Source of the DNA: the human T2T-CHM13v2.0 reference genome, Homo sapiens
Length of the DNA stretch: 64,000 nt
Assembly: GCF_009914755.1 (NCBI RefSeq)
Contig: NC_060945.1
Reading direction: 5' to 3' (one strand)
The position numbers and the translations under genes are program-made. The stretch's first letter is position 1. Every line of letters starts with the position of its first letter. Below are positions 26,370 to 43,878 of this stretch, piece after piece. Under the pieces are notes generated by a model, which saw only the letters and a list, made by a program, of their open reading frames with translations, searched no databases and was not told the origin of the DNA.

Positions 26370-28322
26370 TTTGAGATGACATGATTATATATTTAGAAAA
26401 CCTCATCATCTCTGCCCAAAATCTCCTTACGCTGATAAGCAACTTCAGCAAAGTCTCAGGACACAAAATCAATGTGCAAAAATCACAAGCATTCTTATAC
26501 ACCAATAACAGACAAACAGAGAGCCAAATCATGAGTGAACTCCCATTCACAATTGCTTCAAAGAGAATAAAATACCTAGGAATCAAACTTACAAGGGATG
26601 TGAAGGACTTCTTCAAGGAGAACTACAAACCACTGCTCGATGAAATAAAAGAGGACACAAACAAATGGAACAACGTTCCATGCTCATGGATAGGAAGAAT
26701 CAATATCATGAAAATGGCCATACTGCCCAAGGTAATTTATAGATTCAATGCCATTTGCATCAAGCTACCAATGAATTTCTTTGCAGAATTGGAAAAAACT
26801 ACTTTAAAGTTCATATGGAACCAAAAAAGAGCCTGCATTGCCAAGACAATCCTAAGCCAAAAGAACAAACCTGGAGGCATCACACTACCTGAATTCGAAC
26901 TATACTACAAGGCTACAGTAACAAAAACAGATTGGTATTGGTACCAAAACAGAGATATACACCAATGGAACAGAGCAGAGCCATCAGAAATAATACCACA
27001 CATCTACAACCATCTGATCTTTGAGAAACCTGACAAAAACAAGCAATGGGGAAAGGATTCCCTATTTAATAAATGGTGCTTGGAAAACTGGCTAGCCATA
27101 CATAGAAAGCTGAAACTGGATCCCTTCCTTACACTTTATACAAAAATTAATTCAAGATGGATTAAAGACTTACATGTTAGACCTAAAACCATAAAAACCC
27201 TAGAAGAAAACCTAGGCAATACCATTCAGGACATAGGCATGGGCAAGGACTTCATGCCTAAAACACCGAAAGCAATGGCAACAAAAGCCAAAATGCACAA
27301 ATGGGATCTAATTAAACTAAAGAGCTTCTGCACAGAAAAAGAAACTACCATCAGAGTGAACAGGCAACCTACAGAATGGGAGAAAATTTTTGCAATCTAC
27401 CCATCTGACAAAGGACTAATATCCAGAATCTACAAAGAACTCAAATTTATAAGAAATAAAACAAACAACCTCATCAAGAAGTGGGCAAAGGATATGAACA
27501 GACACTTCTCAAAAGAAGGCATTTTGTGCAGCCAACAGACACGTGAAAAAATGCTCATCACTGGCCATCAGAGAAATGCAAATCAAAACCACAATGAGAT
27601 ACCATCTCACACCAGTTAGAATGGCGATCATTAAAAAGTCAGGAAACAACAAGTGCTGGAGAGGATGTGGAGAAATAGGAACACTTTTACACTGTTGGTG
27701 GGACTGTAAACTAGTTCAACCATTGTAGAAGATGGTGTGGTGATTCCTCAAGGATCTAGAACTAGAAATACCATTTGACCCAGCCATCCCATTACTTGGT
27801 ATATACCCAAAGGATTATAAATCATGCTGCTATAAAGACACATGCACACGTATGTTTATCGCAGTGCTATTCACAACAGCAAAGACTTGGAACCAACCCA
27901 AATGTCCATCAATGATAGACTGGATTAAGAAAATGTGGTACATATACACCATGGAATACTGTGCAGCCATAAAAAAGGATGAGTTCATTTCCTTTGTAGG
28001 GGCATGGATGAAGCTGGAAACCATCATTCTCAGCAAACTATCACAAGCACAAGAAACCAAACACTGCATGTTCTCACTCATAGGTGGGAATTGAACAATG
28101 AGAACACTTGGACACAGGAAGGGGAACATCACACACCGGGGCCTGTTGTGGGGTGGGGGAAGGGGGGTGGGAAAGCATTAGGAGATATACCTAATGTAAA
28201 TGACGAGGTAATGGGTGTAGCACACCAACATGGCACATGTATACATATGTAACAAACCTGCACGTTGTGCACATGTACCCTAGAACTTAAAGTATAATAA
28301 TAAAAAAAAGAGTGAAAAAAAT
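26370..28322 (+). mobile_element. 5'-truncated L1PA (ORF2 from the FADD region to poly-A)
   Basis: 412-aa ORF2 fragment 26381-27619; 3'UTR; TSD AAAGAAGCCCAT at 26356-26367 and 28323-28334. Confidence 0.97.
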
Positions 28323-30641
28323 AAAGAAGCCCATGAGAAAGATCTCCATCAAGTTCACGCGGAATGAACTCCAGCAAGACCTGGAAAATGCTCAGTTCCA
28401 CAAAATATCTGCGTCCAAATACTTTGAGTGCACAGCTCTGGCATCAGGTTACTGTGAGGACAGACCCTGAGATGGATTTCTGGATGGAGGCTGCTGCTGG
28501 AGGAGACAATGTCACTGCAGATGGCTCATGCTGCTCCCATGCTGCAGGGGCCAGTGATTTGGGGCTCCCACCTGCTGTCCCGTTGGGGAACTGCGGAGAT
28601 TCACCCCAGCTGGGTGGACTCTGCTGTGTCTCCTGTCAAGAATCTCCTCAGCTTACCTTGGTTTTTCCTTTTTAAATACTCTCTGGTGTTTTCCTCTCCA
28701 GTGGGGGCTGCATCTCACCTTAGAAGAAAAGATTTTCCAACTAGGGGCTGTCTTGGTAGCTGGTCCAGAAGAAGGTCTCCTCTCTCTGGAGTGAGGTCCA
28801 GCCAAGTAACTCCAGCCAGAACTCTCACTGAGTGCGGCTGGATCTGCCCTGCTCTCCTCCCATCTTCCTGTGGACTGTGGAAACCCATCCATGCCCTATG
28901 CAAAGTCCTGCATCTCAGACTGTAAAATGGCAGAAGCTGAATTTAAAATAAATGATTATATTGACTCTATGAGGGAAACAGAGTTCTGAGGTAGGCAATT
29001 GGTAAGCAAGCAATTATGTGTAACTTGTTAGAACACTAGGGTGTTTTTTGTCTTACTGATTATTTTCTGGTTAACAGGCTGGCTAGGAGCCAGAGGGAGA
29101 GAAAGCTGGCTGGGAATTGAGAGGCATGAAGTCACCTCAGTCCCAACATTTCCATGTAAATGATGATGCGAGATGGGCTGGTGGCAGGAGTCCCTGGAAA
29201 TCCTCACAATCTCAGCTTTTAACTTCTGTAAAATATTATGTCATTTATGATCTCTTTAACAAATAACTTTTTTTCTAATTATAAAAGTGTATATTCTCTT
29301 TGGAGGATCTTTGGTAAATATAAAATGAGTTATAAGAAAAAGAAAAATTCATAATTTTATCACTCAAATTTTGATAATTATATTCCTGCACTTTTAATGA
29401 AATGTAGAAATTTTAGATTATACTGTACATAAAATGTTTCTGTTTTTTCATCCAATATTGGATCATAAACGTCTTACATGGCATAAGCTATATATGTAAA
29501 TCAACTATTTCCACACCTGGATGCTTGATTTAACCCTCCTTATACTGTTAGCCATTTAAATGATTTCTACTTTATCCTATGAATAACACTTCCACCAGTT
29601 ATTATTCTTATATATAACTCATTCAATCATTTCATAATCTTGTTGAGCATTTATTTATAATTTGGTTGCCTATTACCTGAGTGGATTGTGGTTATATGTT
29701 TATATGCTTATTCCAAATATAGTGCTAAGATTAGCATTAGAGACAGCAAAATATTTACAGGTTTTGAAACTAGAAGGAGCCAAACAAATCCATGATCCAG
29801 CTCTGCATACTCTCACCCAGCCTTAGTTCTCTCACACAGAAAGTGAAGACAGTGCTATTTGCCTTGTGGCATTGCTGTGAACTTAAAGAAGGCACCGATT
29901 GTACACACAGCAGTGCGCAGACCGTGGAAGGCTGGGCTCCGACCAACTCTAAGGACAATCACCATCGGATGCCCCACGATCCTACTCTCAGGATGCCCAT
30001 ATGCCATATGCCATGTGAGTGTCACTCAGTGAACACATATTTGTTGATTATAAATTACTCCCATGCTGTTTTCTTTGTTTTACATGTTCACAAATCTGTA
30101 AAAACAAAGTTACAATTATGAAATTAAAAGTTAACTAAAGGAGGAGATTTTCATTATCTCTGAAATGTAACCCCCCAAATCCAGATTATAAAGCAAGGAA
30201 ATGTCTTATGGCCCAACACTTGCCATCAATACTTTTTTTATGTTAGTGGGCAGGGGAGGGTAGTGAAAATGAAGGAATCAGAGCTCCGATGGGTGCACAT
30301 TGTCTTCCCTACAAATCCATTGCTTGTCCAGCCTTCCTTCCTCATTGGGGCTGCTCTATCCTTTTCCACACATTTGAACTGCTCCCCTGTAGGCCTTTCT
30401 CATTTGCTTTACTTCCTAGTCTGAATTCCATGGGACCCACATTTAAGGAGAGGGGAACAACTCTGGGACTGGAGGAAGTTCACCTTATGAGTTATACCTG
30501 CCTCCTTCCTCTACAGTGAACGGTCTCTGGTGTCCCTGGGTGTTCAGTTTCTTTCCACTCATGTGTTACTGACTGTTCAGGTGGCAAATGGCCCATGACC
30601 TTTATGGGATTAAAAAGAAAAAAAATAAAAAGCTGTGTTTC

Positions 30642-32250
<1,609 letters not shown>

Positions 32251-34662
32251 GAAAAGCTATTCCTAAGGCTTTGCCCAACATACCTTTAACTTTTGACCAT
32301 ATCTTTCCCCTGGTCAATAGGCTCCAGGAAATGGGACAGGATGCTTGGAAATAAAGAGCTAACCCTGAGACAATGCAGGTGAACACAGACTAGCTTCTGC
32401 ATAATAAGTAAACAAAATATGTGTCTTTCATTCAATATTAAACAATGATAGACTGAGTATTTAAGCATGTTACCATTACAGGTATGCAAGTGCCTAACTA
32501 TGACTTAAATTGTAGAGCCTCAGATTTTAGATCTGGAAGAGCCATGGGTTTTAATCCATGCTGGGAGAGGCTCAAGCTTACTCTGGAGAAACACATAGTT
32601 TGGGGAGGCTGGAGACCGAGGGGTGGGCTCCCATTCCCCAGGTCCTTCAATGAGTCTGATCTATTTTATAAATCAGTTATTGGAAAATGATTCAAACAAC
32701 TCAGCCCAATTCCCTATTATTTGGTCTAGGCCATCAGCCCTCAGGCTTCTTGCCACTGCAGCTGTGGGCTCCCACTCTCCACCTGCTCTCCTGCTCAGGT
32801 TGGGGCAGCCAAAGACCTTCTCTTCCTGGGGAGAGAGGTTAGGGAGGGACCATTTTTTGATTATTTGAGGGTGTGGTTCAGTTGTAAACAGTGTAAATTT
32901 TAGAATTTGTGTTATTGTGATGGCAATGACCAACTGCAAAATATTTCCCATTTGCCTTGTAATAACAAGAGCATGTACTTTACGCAATTGAAGTTTTTGG
33001 ACCCTACTTATTTACTTTACTTTATTAAGAATAGTAACATTTGAGCAGAGAAGAGTTCTAATTTTGCATCAGAGTCAAAAGTGAAAATGAAAGGAACTGA
33101 CCCATGAAGGAACAGGTGTGAGCTATTTACTTCATTCCTGCCCATCCTGGTTGATGTTGAGCTCTTGCCCTGCATCCCACTTTCAAATGTGGTGGATGCC
33201 TCACCTAGGAAAGGCCCTCACCACGCTGGCTTGCTCTGCTCACTAACTGTACTTACTTCTCTTAATCCCCTATGAACACTCTTTTCTAGGTTGGGTGTGT
33301 TTTCCGTAATAAAAAGGTATTGTTGCACCACTTATTCAGGGCTTTTTGGATGCCATGCTAAGCATTTCATAGTCATGAGCTCATTGTATAAACTACCCTT
33401 TATAACACTCCTATGAATTCATATTCCCATATGAATTGGCCTGAGGAAGTGGCATGCTGGAGAGATTAAGTAATTGAATGACAGCTTACAGTTAATTACT
33501 GAGGGGATTTGGGTTTGGACATAGATCTGTGATTCAAACACTCATGTCTATAACCACAAGTGCTGCCACATCATTTGCATCAGGATTAAGAATCCCTGCT
33601 GGCAGGCCTGGGAAGACGCATTGTAACCAGATAAGAGGTAATTACCACATTTACTGAGTGGTGAGAACCACTGTACTGCCTTTCAGAGAATGCCAGGCGC
33701 CCCTGTGTTTGTCTCAGTGTCTCCAGCTTGAATTGCTTCACCCCTGGCTCTCAGCAATGTTGCTCCTCTCTCCTGCATGGATCACCTGTTCCTGGAATTC
33801 ATTCTCCCATTTCTTAGGTTGCATCCCTGTCTTGTGCCAGTTTTCAAAGTGAATGCTTCCTGTTTTTGCCCATTCAGCATGATATTGGCTGTGGGTTTTT
33901 CATAAATAGCTCTTATTATTTTGAGATACATCCCATCAATACCTAGTTTATTGAGAGTTTTTAGCATGAAGGGCTGTTGAATTTTGTCGAAGGCCTTTTC
34001 TGCATCTATTGAGATAATCATGTGGTTTTTGTCTTTGGTTCTGTTTATATGATGGATTACATTTATTGATTTGCATATGTTGAACCAGCCTTGCATCCCA
34101 GGGATGAAGCCAACTTGATCATGGTAGATAAGCTTTTTGATGTGCTGCTGGATTTGGTTTGCCAGCATTTTATTGAGGATTTTTGCATTGATGTTCATCA
34201 GGGATATTGGTCTAAAATTCTCTTTTTTTTTGTTGTGCCTCTGCCAGGCTTTGGTATCAGGATAATGCTGGCCTCATAAAATTAGTTAGGGAGGATTCCC
34301 TCTTTTTCTATTGATTGGCATAGTTTCAGAAGCAATGGCACCAGTTCCTCTTTGTACCTCCGGTAGAATTCAGCTGTGAATCCATCAGGTCCTGTACTTT
34401 TTTTGTTTGGGAGGCTATTAATTATTGCCTCAATTTCAGAGTCTGTTATTGGTCTTTTCAGGGATTCAACTTCTTCCTGGTTTAGTCTTGGGAGGGTGTA
34501 TGTGTCCAGGAATTTATCCATTTCTTCTAGATTTTCTACTTTATTTGTGTAGAGGTGTTTATAGTATTCTCTGATGGTAGTTTGTATTTCCGTGGGATGG
34601 GTGGTGATATCCCTTTTATCATTTTTTATTGCATCTATTTGATTCTTCTCTCTTTTCTTCTA

Positions 34663-34830
<168 letters not shown>

Positions 34831-36681
34831 CTAGTTCTTTTAATTGTGATGTTAGGGTGTAATTTTAGATCTTTCCTGCTTTCTCTTGTGGGCATTTAGT
34901 GCCATAAATTTCCCTCTACACACTGCTTTAAATGTGTCCCAGAGATTCTGGTATGTTGTGTCTTTGTTCTCACTGGTTTCAAAGAACATCTTTATTTCTG
35001 CCTTCATTCTGTTATGTACCCAGTAGTCATTCAGGAGCAGGTTGCTCTGTTTCCATGTAGTTGAGTGGTTTTGAGTGAGTTTCTTAATCCTGAGTTATAG
35101 TTTGATTGCACTGTGGTCTGAGAGATAGTTTGTTACAATTTCTGTTCTTTTACATTTGCTGAGAAGTGCTTTACTTCCAAATATGTGGTCAATTTTGGAA
35201 TAAGTGCGATGTGGTTCTGAGAAGAATGTATATTCTGTTGATTTGGGGTAGAGAGTTCTGTAGATATCTATTAGGGCCGCTTGGTGCAGAGCTGAGTTCA
35301 ATTCCTGGATATCCTTGTTAACTTTCTGTTTCGTTGATCTGTCTAATGTTGATAGTGAGGTGTTAAAGTCTCCCGTTATTTTTGTGTGGGAGTCTAAGTC
35401 TCTTTGTAGGTCTCTAAGGACTTGCTTTATGAATCTGGGTGTTCCTGTATTGGGTGCATATATATTTAGGATAGTTAGCTCTTCTTGTGGAATTGATCCC
35501 TTTACCATTATGTAATGGCTTTCTTTGTCTCTTCTGATCTTTGTTGGTTTAAAGTCTGTTTTATCACAGACTAGGATTATAACCCCTGCTTTTTTTGCTT
35601 TCCATTTGCTTGACAGATCTTCCTCCACCCCTTTATTTTGAGCCTATGTGTGTCTCTGCACATGAGATGGGTCTCCTGAATACAGCACACTGATGGGTCT
35701 TGACTCTTTATCCAATTTGCCAGTCTGTGTCTTTTAATTGGAGCATTTATCCCATTTACATTTAAGGTTAATATTGTTATGTGTGAATTTGATCCTGTCA
35801 TTATGATGTTAGCTGGTTATTTTGCTCATCAGTTGATGCAGTTTCTTCCTCGCATCAATGGTCTTTACAATTTGGCATGTTTTTGCAGTGGCTAGTACCG
35901 GTTGTTCCTTTCCATGTTTAGTGCTTCCTTCAGAAGCTCTTGTAAGGCAGGCCTGGCCTGGTGGTGACAAAATCTCTCAGCATTTGCTTGTCTGTAAAGG
36001 ATTTTATTTCTCCTTCACTTATGAAGCTTAGTTTGGCTGGATATGAAATTCTGGGCTGAAAATTATTTTCTTTAAGAATGTTGAATATTGGCCCCCACAC
36101 TCTTCTGGCATGTAGAGTTTCTGCTGAGAGATCCGCTGTTAGTCTGACAGGCTTTCCTTTGTGGTAACCCAACCTTTCTCTCTGGCTGCCCTTAACATTT
36201 TTTCCTTCATTTCAATCTGACAATTATGTGTCTTGGAGTTGCTCTTCTCGAGGAGTATCTTTGTGGCATTCTCTGTATTTCCTGAATTTGAATGTTGGCC
36301 TGCCTTGCTAGGTTGGGAAAGTTCTCCTGGATAATATCCTGAAGAGTGTTTTCAAACTCGTTTCCATTCTCCCTGTCACTTTCAGGTACACCAATCAGAT
36401 GTAGATTTGGTCTTTTCACATAGTCCCATATTTCTTGGAGGATTTGTTGGTTTCTTTTTACTCTTTTTTCTCTAAACTTCTCTTCTCATTTCATTTCATT
36501 CATTAGATCTTCAATGACTGATACCCTTTCTTCCACTTGATTGAATTGGCTAAAGAAGCTAGTGCATGCATCATGTAGTTCTCGTGCCGCGGTTTTCAGC
36601 TCCATTAGGTCATTTAAGGTCTTCTCTACACTGTTTATTCTAGTTAGCTATTTGACTAATCTTTTTTCAAGGTTTTTAGCT

Positions 36682-38171
36682 TCTTTGTGATGGGTTCAAA
36701 CATCCTCCATTAGCTCGGAGAAGGTTGTTATTACTGATCGTCTGAAGCCTTCTTCTCCCAACTTGTCAAAGTCATTCTCCATTCAGCTTTGTTCTGTTGC
36801 TGGTGAGGAGCTGTGTTCCTTTGGAGGAGAAGAGATGCTCTGATTTTTAGAATTTTCAGCTTTTCTGCTCTGGTTTCTCCCCATCTTTGTGGTTTTTACC
36901 TACCTTTGGTCTTTGATGATGGTGATGTACAGATGGGGTTTTGGTGTGGATGTGAAGGGGTCCAGCCCCTCCACACCTGTGGGTGTTTCTCATCAGGTGG
37001 GATGAGAGACTGAGAAAATAAATAAGAGACACAGACAAAGTATAGAGAAAGAACAGTGGGCCCAGGGGACCAGCACTCAGCATACAGAGGACCCGCACTG
37101 GCCCTGGTCTCTGAGTTCCCTCAGTATTTATTGATCACTATCTCTACCATCTCGGAGAGGAGGATGTGGCCGGACAATAGGGTAATAGTGGGGAGAGGGT
37201 CAGCAGGAAAACATGTGAACAAAGATCTCTGTGTCATAAATAAGTTTAAGGAAAGGTGCTGTGCTTTGATGTGCACGTACACAAACATCTCAGTTCATTA
37301 AAGAGCAGTATTGCCGCCAGCATGTCTCACCTCCAGCCCTAAGGTGGTTTTCTCCTATCTCAGTAAACAGAACATACAATCAGGTTTTACACCAAGACAT
37401 TCCATTACCAGGGACGAGCAGGAGACAGATGCCTTCCTCTTATCTCAACTGCAAAGAGGCCTTCCTCTTTCACTAATCCTCCTCAGCACAGACCATTTAT
37501 GGGTGTTGGGCTAGGGGATGGTCAGGTCTTTCCGTTCCCACAAGGCCATCTCTCAGGCTATTACATGGGGAGAAACCTTGGACAATACCTGGCTTTCCTG
37601 GGCAGAGGTCCCTGTAGCCTTCCACAGTGTATTGTGTCCCTGGGTACTTGAGATTAGAGAATGGTGATAACTTTTACCAAGCATACTGCCTTCAAGCACT
37701 TTTTTAACAAAGCACATCCTGCACAGCCCTAAATCCATTAAACCTTGAGTCAACACAGCACATGTCTCTGCAAACACAGGGTTGGGGCTAGCATTACAGA
37801 TTAACAGCATCTCAAGGCAGAATAATTTATCTTAGTACAGAACAAAATGGAGTTTCTTATGTCTACTTCTTTCTACATAGACACAGTAACAGTCTGATCT
37901 CTCTTTGCTATGGGTTCAAACATCCTCCATTAGCTTGGAGAAGGTTGTTATTACTGACCGTCTGAAGACTTCTTCTCTCAACTCATCAAAGTCATTCACC
38001 ATCCAGCTTTGTTCCATTGCTGGTGAGGAGCTGCATTCCTTTGGAGGAGAAGAGGCACTCTGATTTTTAGACTTTTCAGCTTTTCTGCTCTGGTTTCTCC
38101 CCATCTTTGTGGTTTTATTTACCTTTGGTCTTTGGTGATGGTGACGTACAGATGGGGTTTTGGTGTGGATG
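36682..38171. repeat. ~270-bp direct repeats of L1 sequence flanking the solo LTR (36682-36952 and 37902-38171)
   Basis: Both read TCTTTG..ATGGGTTCAAACATCCTCCATTAGC...TTTTGGTGTGGATG; about 92% identical by eye. Confidence 0.95.
36953..37906 (-). mobile_element. HERV-K(HML-2) solo LTR, LTR5B-like, nested in L1
   Basis: U5 end TGAAGGGG on +; U3 side reads AAAGAGAGATCAGACTGTTACTGTGTCTATGTAGAAAGAAGTAGAC on minus but lacks the terminal TGTGGGGAAAA. Confidence 0.93.
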
Positions 38172-40555
38172 TCCTTTCTGTTTGTTAGTTTTTCTTCTAA
38201 CGGTCAGGACCCTCAGCTGCAGGTCTGTTGGAGTTTGCTGGAGGTCCACTCCAGACCCTATTTACATGGGTGTCACCAGCGGAGGCTGCAGAACAGCAAA
38301 TGTTGCTGCCTGAGTGTTCCTCTGGAAACTTTGTCTCAGAGGGGCACCTGGCCATAAGAGGTGTCAGTCAGCCTCTACTGGGAGGTGCCTCCAAGTTAGG
38401 CTACTCGGGGGTCAGGGACCCACTTTAGGAGGCAGTCTGTCCACTCTCAGATCTCAAACTCCGTGCTAGGAGAACCACTACTCTCTTCAAAGCTGTCACA
38501 CAGGGATGTTTAAGTTTGCAGAAGTTTCTGCTGCCTTTTGTTCAGCTATGCCCTTTCCCCAGAGGTGGAGTCCACAGAGGCAGGCAGGCCTCCTTGAGCT
38601 GTGGTGGGCTCCACACAGTTCGAGCTTCCTGGCCGCTTTGTTTACCTACTCAAGCCTCAGCAATGACAGACACCACTCCCCCAGCCTTGCTGCTGCCTTG
38701 CAGTTCAATCTCAGACTGCTGTGCTAGCAGTGAGCGAGGCTCTGTGGTCATAGGACCCTCCAAGCCATGCACAGGATATAATCTCCTGGTGTGCCATTTG
38801 CTAAGACCACTGGAAAAGCACAGTATTAGGGTGGGAGTGTCCCGATTTTCCAGGTACCATCTGTCACAGCTTCCCTTGGCTAGGAAAGGGAATTCCCCAG
38901 CCCCTTGTGCTTCCCAGGTGAGGTGATGCCCCACCCTGCTTCAGCTCACACTCTGTGGTCTGCACCCACTGTCTGACAAGCCCCAGTGAGATGAACCCAG
39001 TACCTCAGTTGGAAATGCAGAAATCACCTGTCTTCTACGTCACTCATGCTGGGAGCTGTAGACTGGAGCTGTTCCTATTCAGCCATCTTGGAACCAGAAA
39101 ACCATTTTTTACTCTTTTAAATGCTTCCTTCAAAGAACAAAGTTGTTTTTGGTGAAATACAATTTTTCCATTTTTTTCTTTAAGTTTCTGAATTACAATT
39201 AATTGGAATTTTAATCTACTGGTTACTGTGTTGGACAGCATGGGTCAGAAGAGGAGATGAAAAATAACAAAAAATTAATAAATGGTGATAACAGTTGATA
39301 AAAAAGCAAGCATGACATTGATTTAGACAAATGTGGTTGTTGAGAGTGATTGTGGACCACTCTCCATTAGGGTGTTCAGGAAAGGCCTTTTTTAAGTGAC
39401 CTGTAACTCATATCAGTGAAAAAGAACATGCTATAAAAAGATTCCACAAAGTGAGAGCATTAAGCTCAAAGGTCCTGAGGTAGGTGTGTTTGAGGAGCTG
39501 GTGTGTAGCTGCTGTATAAGAAGTCAACCTCCTTATTTTCAGGTACATTTATTATTATTTTAACCCCAAGCAGAATTGCCTAGCTGGGTCCCTCACCTTT
39601 ACACAATAGTCATAGGATTTGACTGTTATCAAAAAGTAAATCCACTCTCAGAGACCATAGATTTCCTATTACTGAGGTTCTTCAAAAGAATATGTAATCA
39701 ATTTATATAGTAATTCCTAAAAATGAGATTCTAAAATATAGTAGCATGCAGATGAAGCATAGCTAATGCTTTAAATTATTCTGTAATAATGCATTCCTGA
39801 GGATATCCAAATTTTCACAGAACAGTTTTAATGAAATGGAAGCACATACTGGAATCATTTTAGTTAGGGATGATTTGTATCAGACTAAAACACTCTGACC
39901 TTTTGGTTTCACATACTAATTGAAAACTCTTTAGGATGAATGTTGAAATAGGGAAGAGAGACTTACAGGCTCAGAAAGCTAGGGAAGTGAAAATAATTGT
40001 AAAACAGCTCTAACATTTTTAAATGTAGCAGCTGCTGTTGTGAACTTCATTCTGCCTTTTCTTTCTAATTCTCTGGGTCCAGATCTGTTTACACCACCTC
40101 CTGGTACAACACCCCTAAGAGCTGACTTTGGCAGTTGTGTATCTCTGTTACTGGGGCTTGAATTAAACATCTTAGTGAACAAACTTTAGCTTTACTCTTC
40201 AATACTGAAAAAAAAAATGTTATGCCCATGGTTAAACCAGTATCCTACTCAATCCTTCTGTGATGTTACTCACAAAATGAATTGCATAAAATCGGATACC
40301 TGAGATTGTTTTGGCTGGGAGGATCCTTGAATTATAAAGATTAAATTAGATTAATCAGGAATGACCTCTGTTACTCCTTATGGGGACATTCAACTTCTGA
40401 CTGAACTTTTTTTTTCCTTTAAAATTGGGGTAATAGCCCATATCCTCCACATCTCAGAAGGTTCATTTTTATTGGTCCAAAGGAAGTATATGAAAACACT
40501 TCCAAAAAAAGCGTAGGTGTTATCAGTATATCATACCATGTGAGAGAAGGTGTAA

Positions 40556-40881
<326 letters not shown>

Positions 40882-41901
40882 AGGAGTTTGGTTTTTAAAA
40901 ATTTAACACAAGAACATGTATATGCATTTGAATGTACACCAGCCTTTAAAGCAGTCACCATTGGAAGCCATATATACCAAATATCATGAGGGAGAAACTG
41001 GAACAAAAAGATGAGTTGGCTATAACTTACGGAAAAGTGAAGAAAATTTCAAAAACCTCTTTATGTGAATGCTCAACTATATTTAAAACACATCAATTCT
41101 ATGAGGTAGGTATTAACCCTTTCTTACAGAAGAAGGAACTGAACCCCATGAAGGCTACACATAATAAGTGGCAGAGGTGAAATTTGAACCCAGATCTACC
41201 AACTCCAAGTTTCTTTTCAATTTGACTATAACTGCATTTGTGATTGCTTGTGACATAAGACATACGAGAGAGTAGATTTGAATTATGTATAAGCAGCTGA
41301 GAAAAATGCAATTGAGGGACTTTTCTGAATTGAGAAAAGGATGACATTCTTTGGAGAGCAGACTTTCTACCCTCTCCATCTATCATTGAATGTTATATTC
41401 ATTGCTGCCACTAGTTAAATATTAGGTAGACATTGACTGGTAGTTACAATCAATGACACAGTCACTGGCCTAATTACTTTGGTGATTTTTATACCATGGT
41501 GTCTGACATTCCCAGGTGTTTTGTATAAGGCACACGTATTTCAAGAGCTCTTCAGCCAGGCCTAATCTCTATGCTGATGCCTCAGTCTTGCTTGCTGTTG
41601 GAAAGCTTGGCATATTCTCCAGACATAGTCAGAGGACTATATTTCAAAGCTATGTGTGGGTGCACTGAATTCTATGCCTCAGATGATTCCACTGTGGAAA
41701 ATGATGTGGAAACCCAGTTGAAACGCTCTCACTTCAGTTAACTTTTATATCACAAATCTTAAGTCTGGAAAAGGAAAACAAACTCTTGTGTCCATACTTA
41801 TTCTTTCTTAAGACGTGAAAACAATAGTACATTTTAACATGGCTGAAGAAAAATTAATTTATGTGACTGTTTATAGAATATAATATAGTTTTATAAGATA
41901 A

Positions 41902-42197
<296 letters not shown>

Positions 42198-42498
42198 TAT
42201 TTTACTTTTGTATACATCTAAAAAGTAATTATTAATTTTGAAGATTGAGTCTTCTAAGTTAAAATAGACAGTTGTAACTCATAGACAGAACGTTCACAAG
42301 TCACAGATACCTAAATAGTGCAGTTTTTGCTTTTAGTTCTGAAATGAAGATTGTCATGAAGCAGCTTATCACTCTCTGTGCCTTCACCATTCTCCTGGGT
42401 TATGATTTGGTGAAAAGGCTGCGGGAAAAAATGTGGAACATGTTCAACAGATAGGGAGAAGTGAGAAAGCCGATGGTACCTACAGAAATGAAATCCTT

Positions 42499-42802
<304 letters not shown>

Positions 42803-43164
42803 AAATCCTCTCCAATCAACAAATTAGGTGACTGAATTCTTTCACAATTCTTGCATTTCCATTCAGGACTTGGTGGCTATTCTTTTCAAAGTAGAGGCAT
42901 GTTGTGCCTTATAGTACCACATACAACTTAACAAAAATATGTAGTTATAAAACTTGCCTTCCTGGAGGGTATTTGTAGCTAAAAGTAAACTAGATTTCAA
43001 CTTAGATTGCCAGTAAAACACATTATAAACTATAAAGTATTACAAAAATAGGTATATAATATTAAGGTTACATGTGTATCTAAATCTTCCCTAAATCTGA
43101 ATTTGTTTTATTTGACAAAGTCTATAAACAACCCCAGGACAATAAAAATTGTATCCTCAGAAAG

Positions 43165-43590
43165 TTTGTCCCAATCCCCTTTCATCCTATCCCCAGCTGC
43201 ATCTGCCTACAAGTCCCCAGCCTGCCCAGGCTCTGTAGCTTCTATACACCTGTTCCATTTCCAACTGTTCCTGTGTTGTATATTTTATAACAAACTGTTA
43301 TACACAAGTACAGTGTTTGGCTGAGTTCTGTGAGTATTTTAATCAAATTCTCAAACTTGAGAAAGGGGTTATGGGAGTCCTCACTTCTTAGTAGCTCAGA
43401 AGTACGTATGGGTACCTGTGGTTTCTGACTGGCATCTGCAGTAAGAGCAGTGTTGTGGGACTAAGCTCTGGACTCTAGGGCCTGTGCTGACTTTGGTGGT
43501 GTGAGATTTAAAATGTTAAACAACTAGTTGGTGTTGGAGAATTGCTTTGTATTCCTCAAACTCTACAGATGTAGTGTTAGAAGAAAGACA
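43165..43590 (+). mobile_element. MER21-like LTR fragment
   Basis: CTGAGTTCTGTGAGT...AAACTTGAG...GGGGTTATGGGA...GACTGGCATCTG motifs. Confidence 0.6.
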
Positions 43591-43592
43591 TC

Positions 43593-43876
<284 letters not shown>

Positions 43877-43878
<2 letters not shown>

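Noticed and set aside
26381-27619. 412-aa ORF as a domesticated gene
   Set aside because: Ordinary L1 ORF2 fragment without EN or an intact RT core; this length is expected for a fairly young L1.
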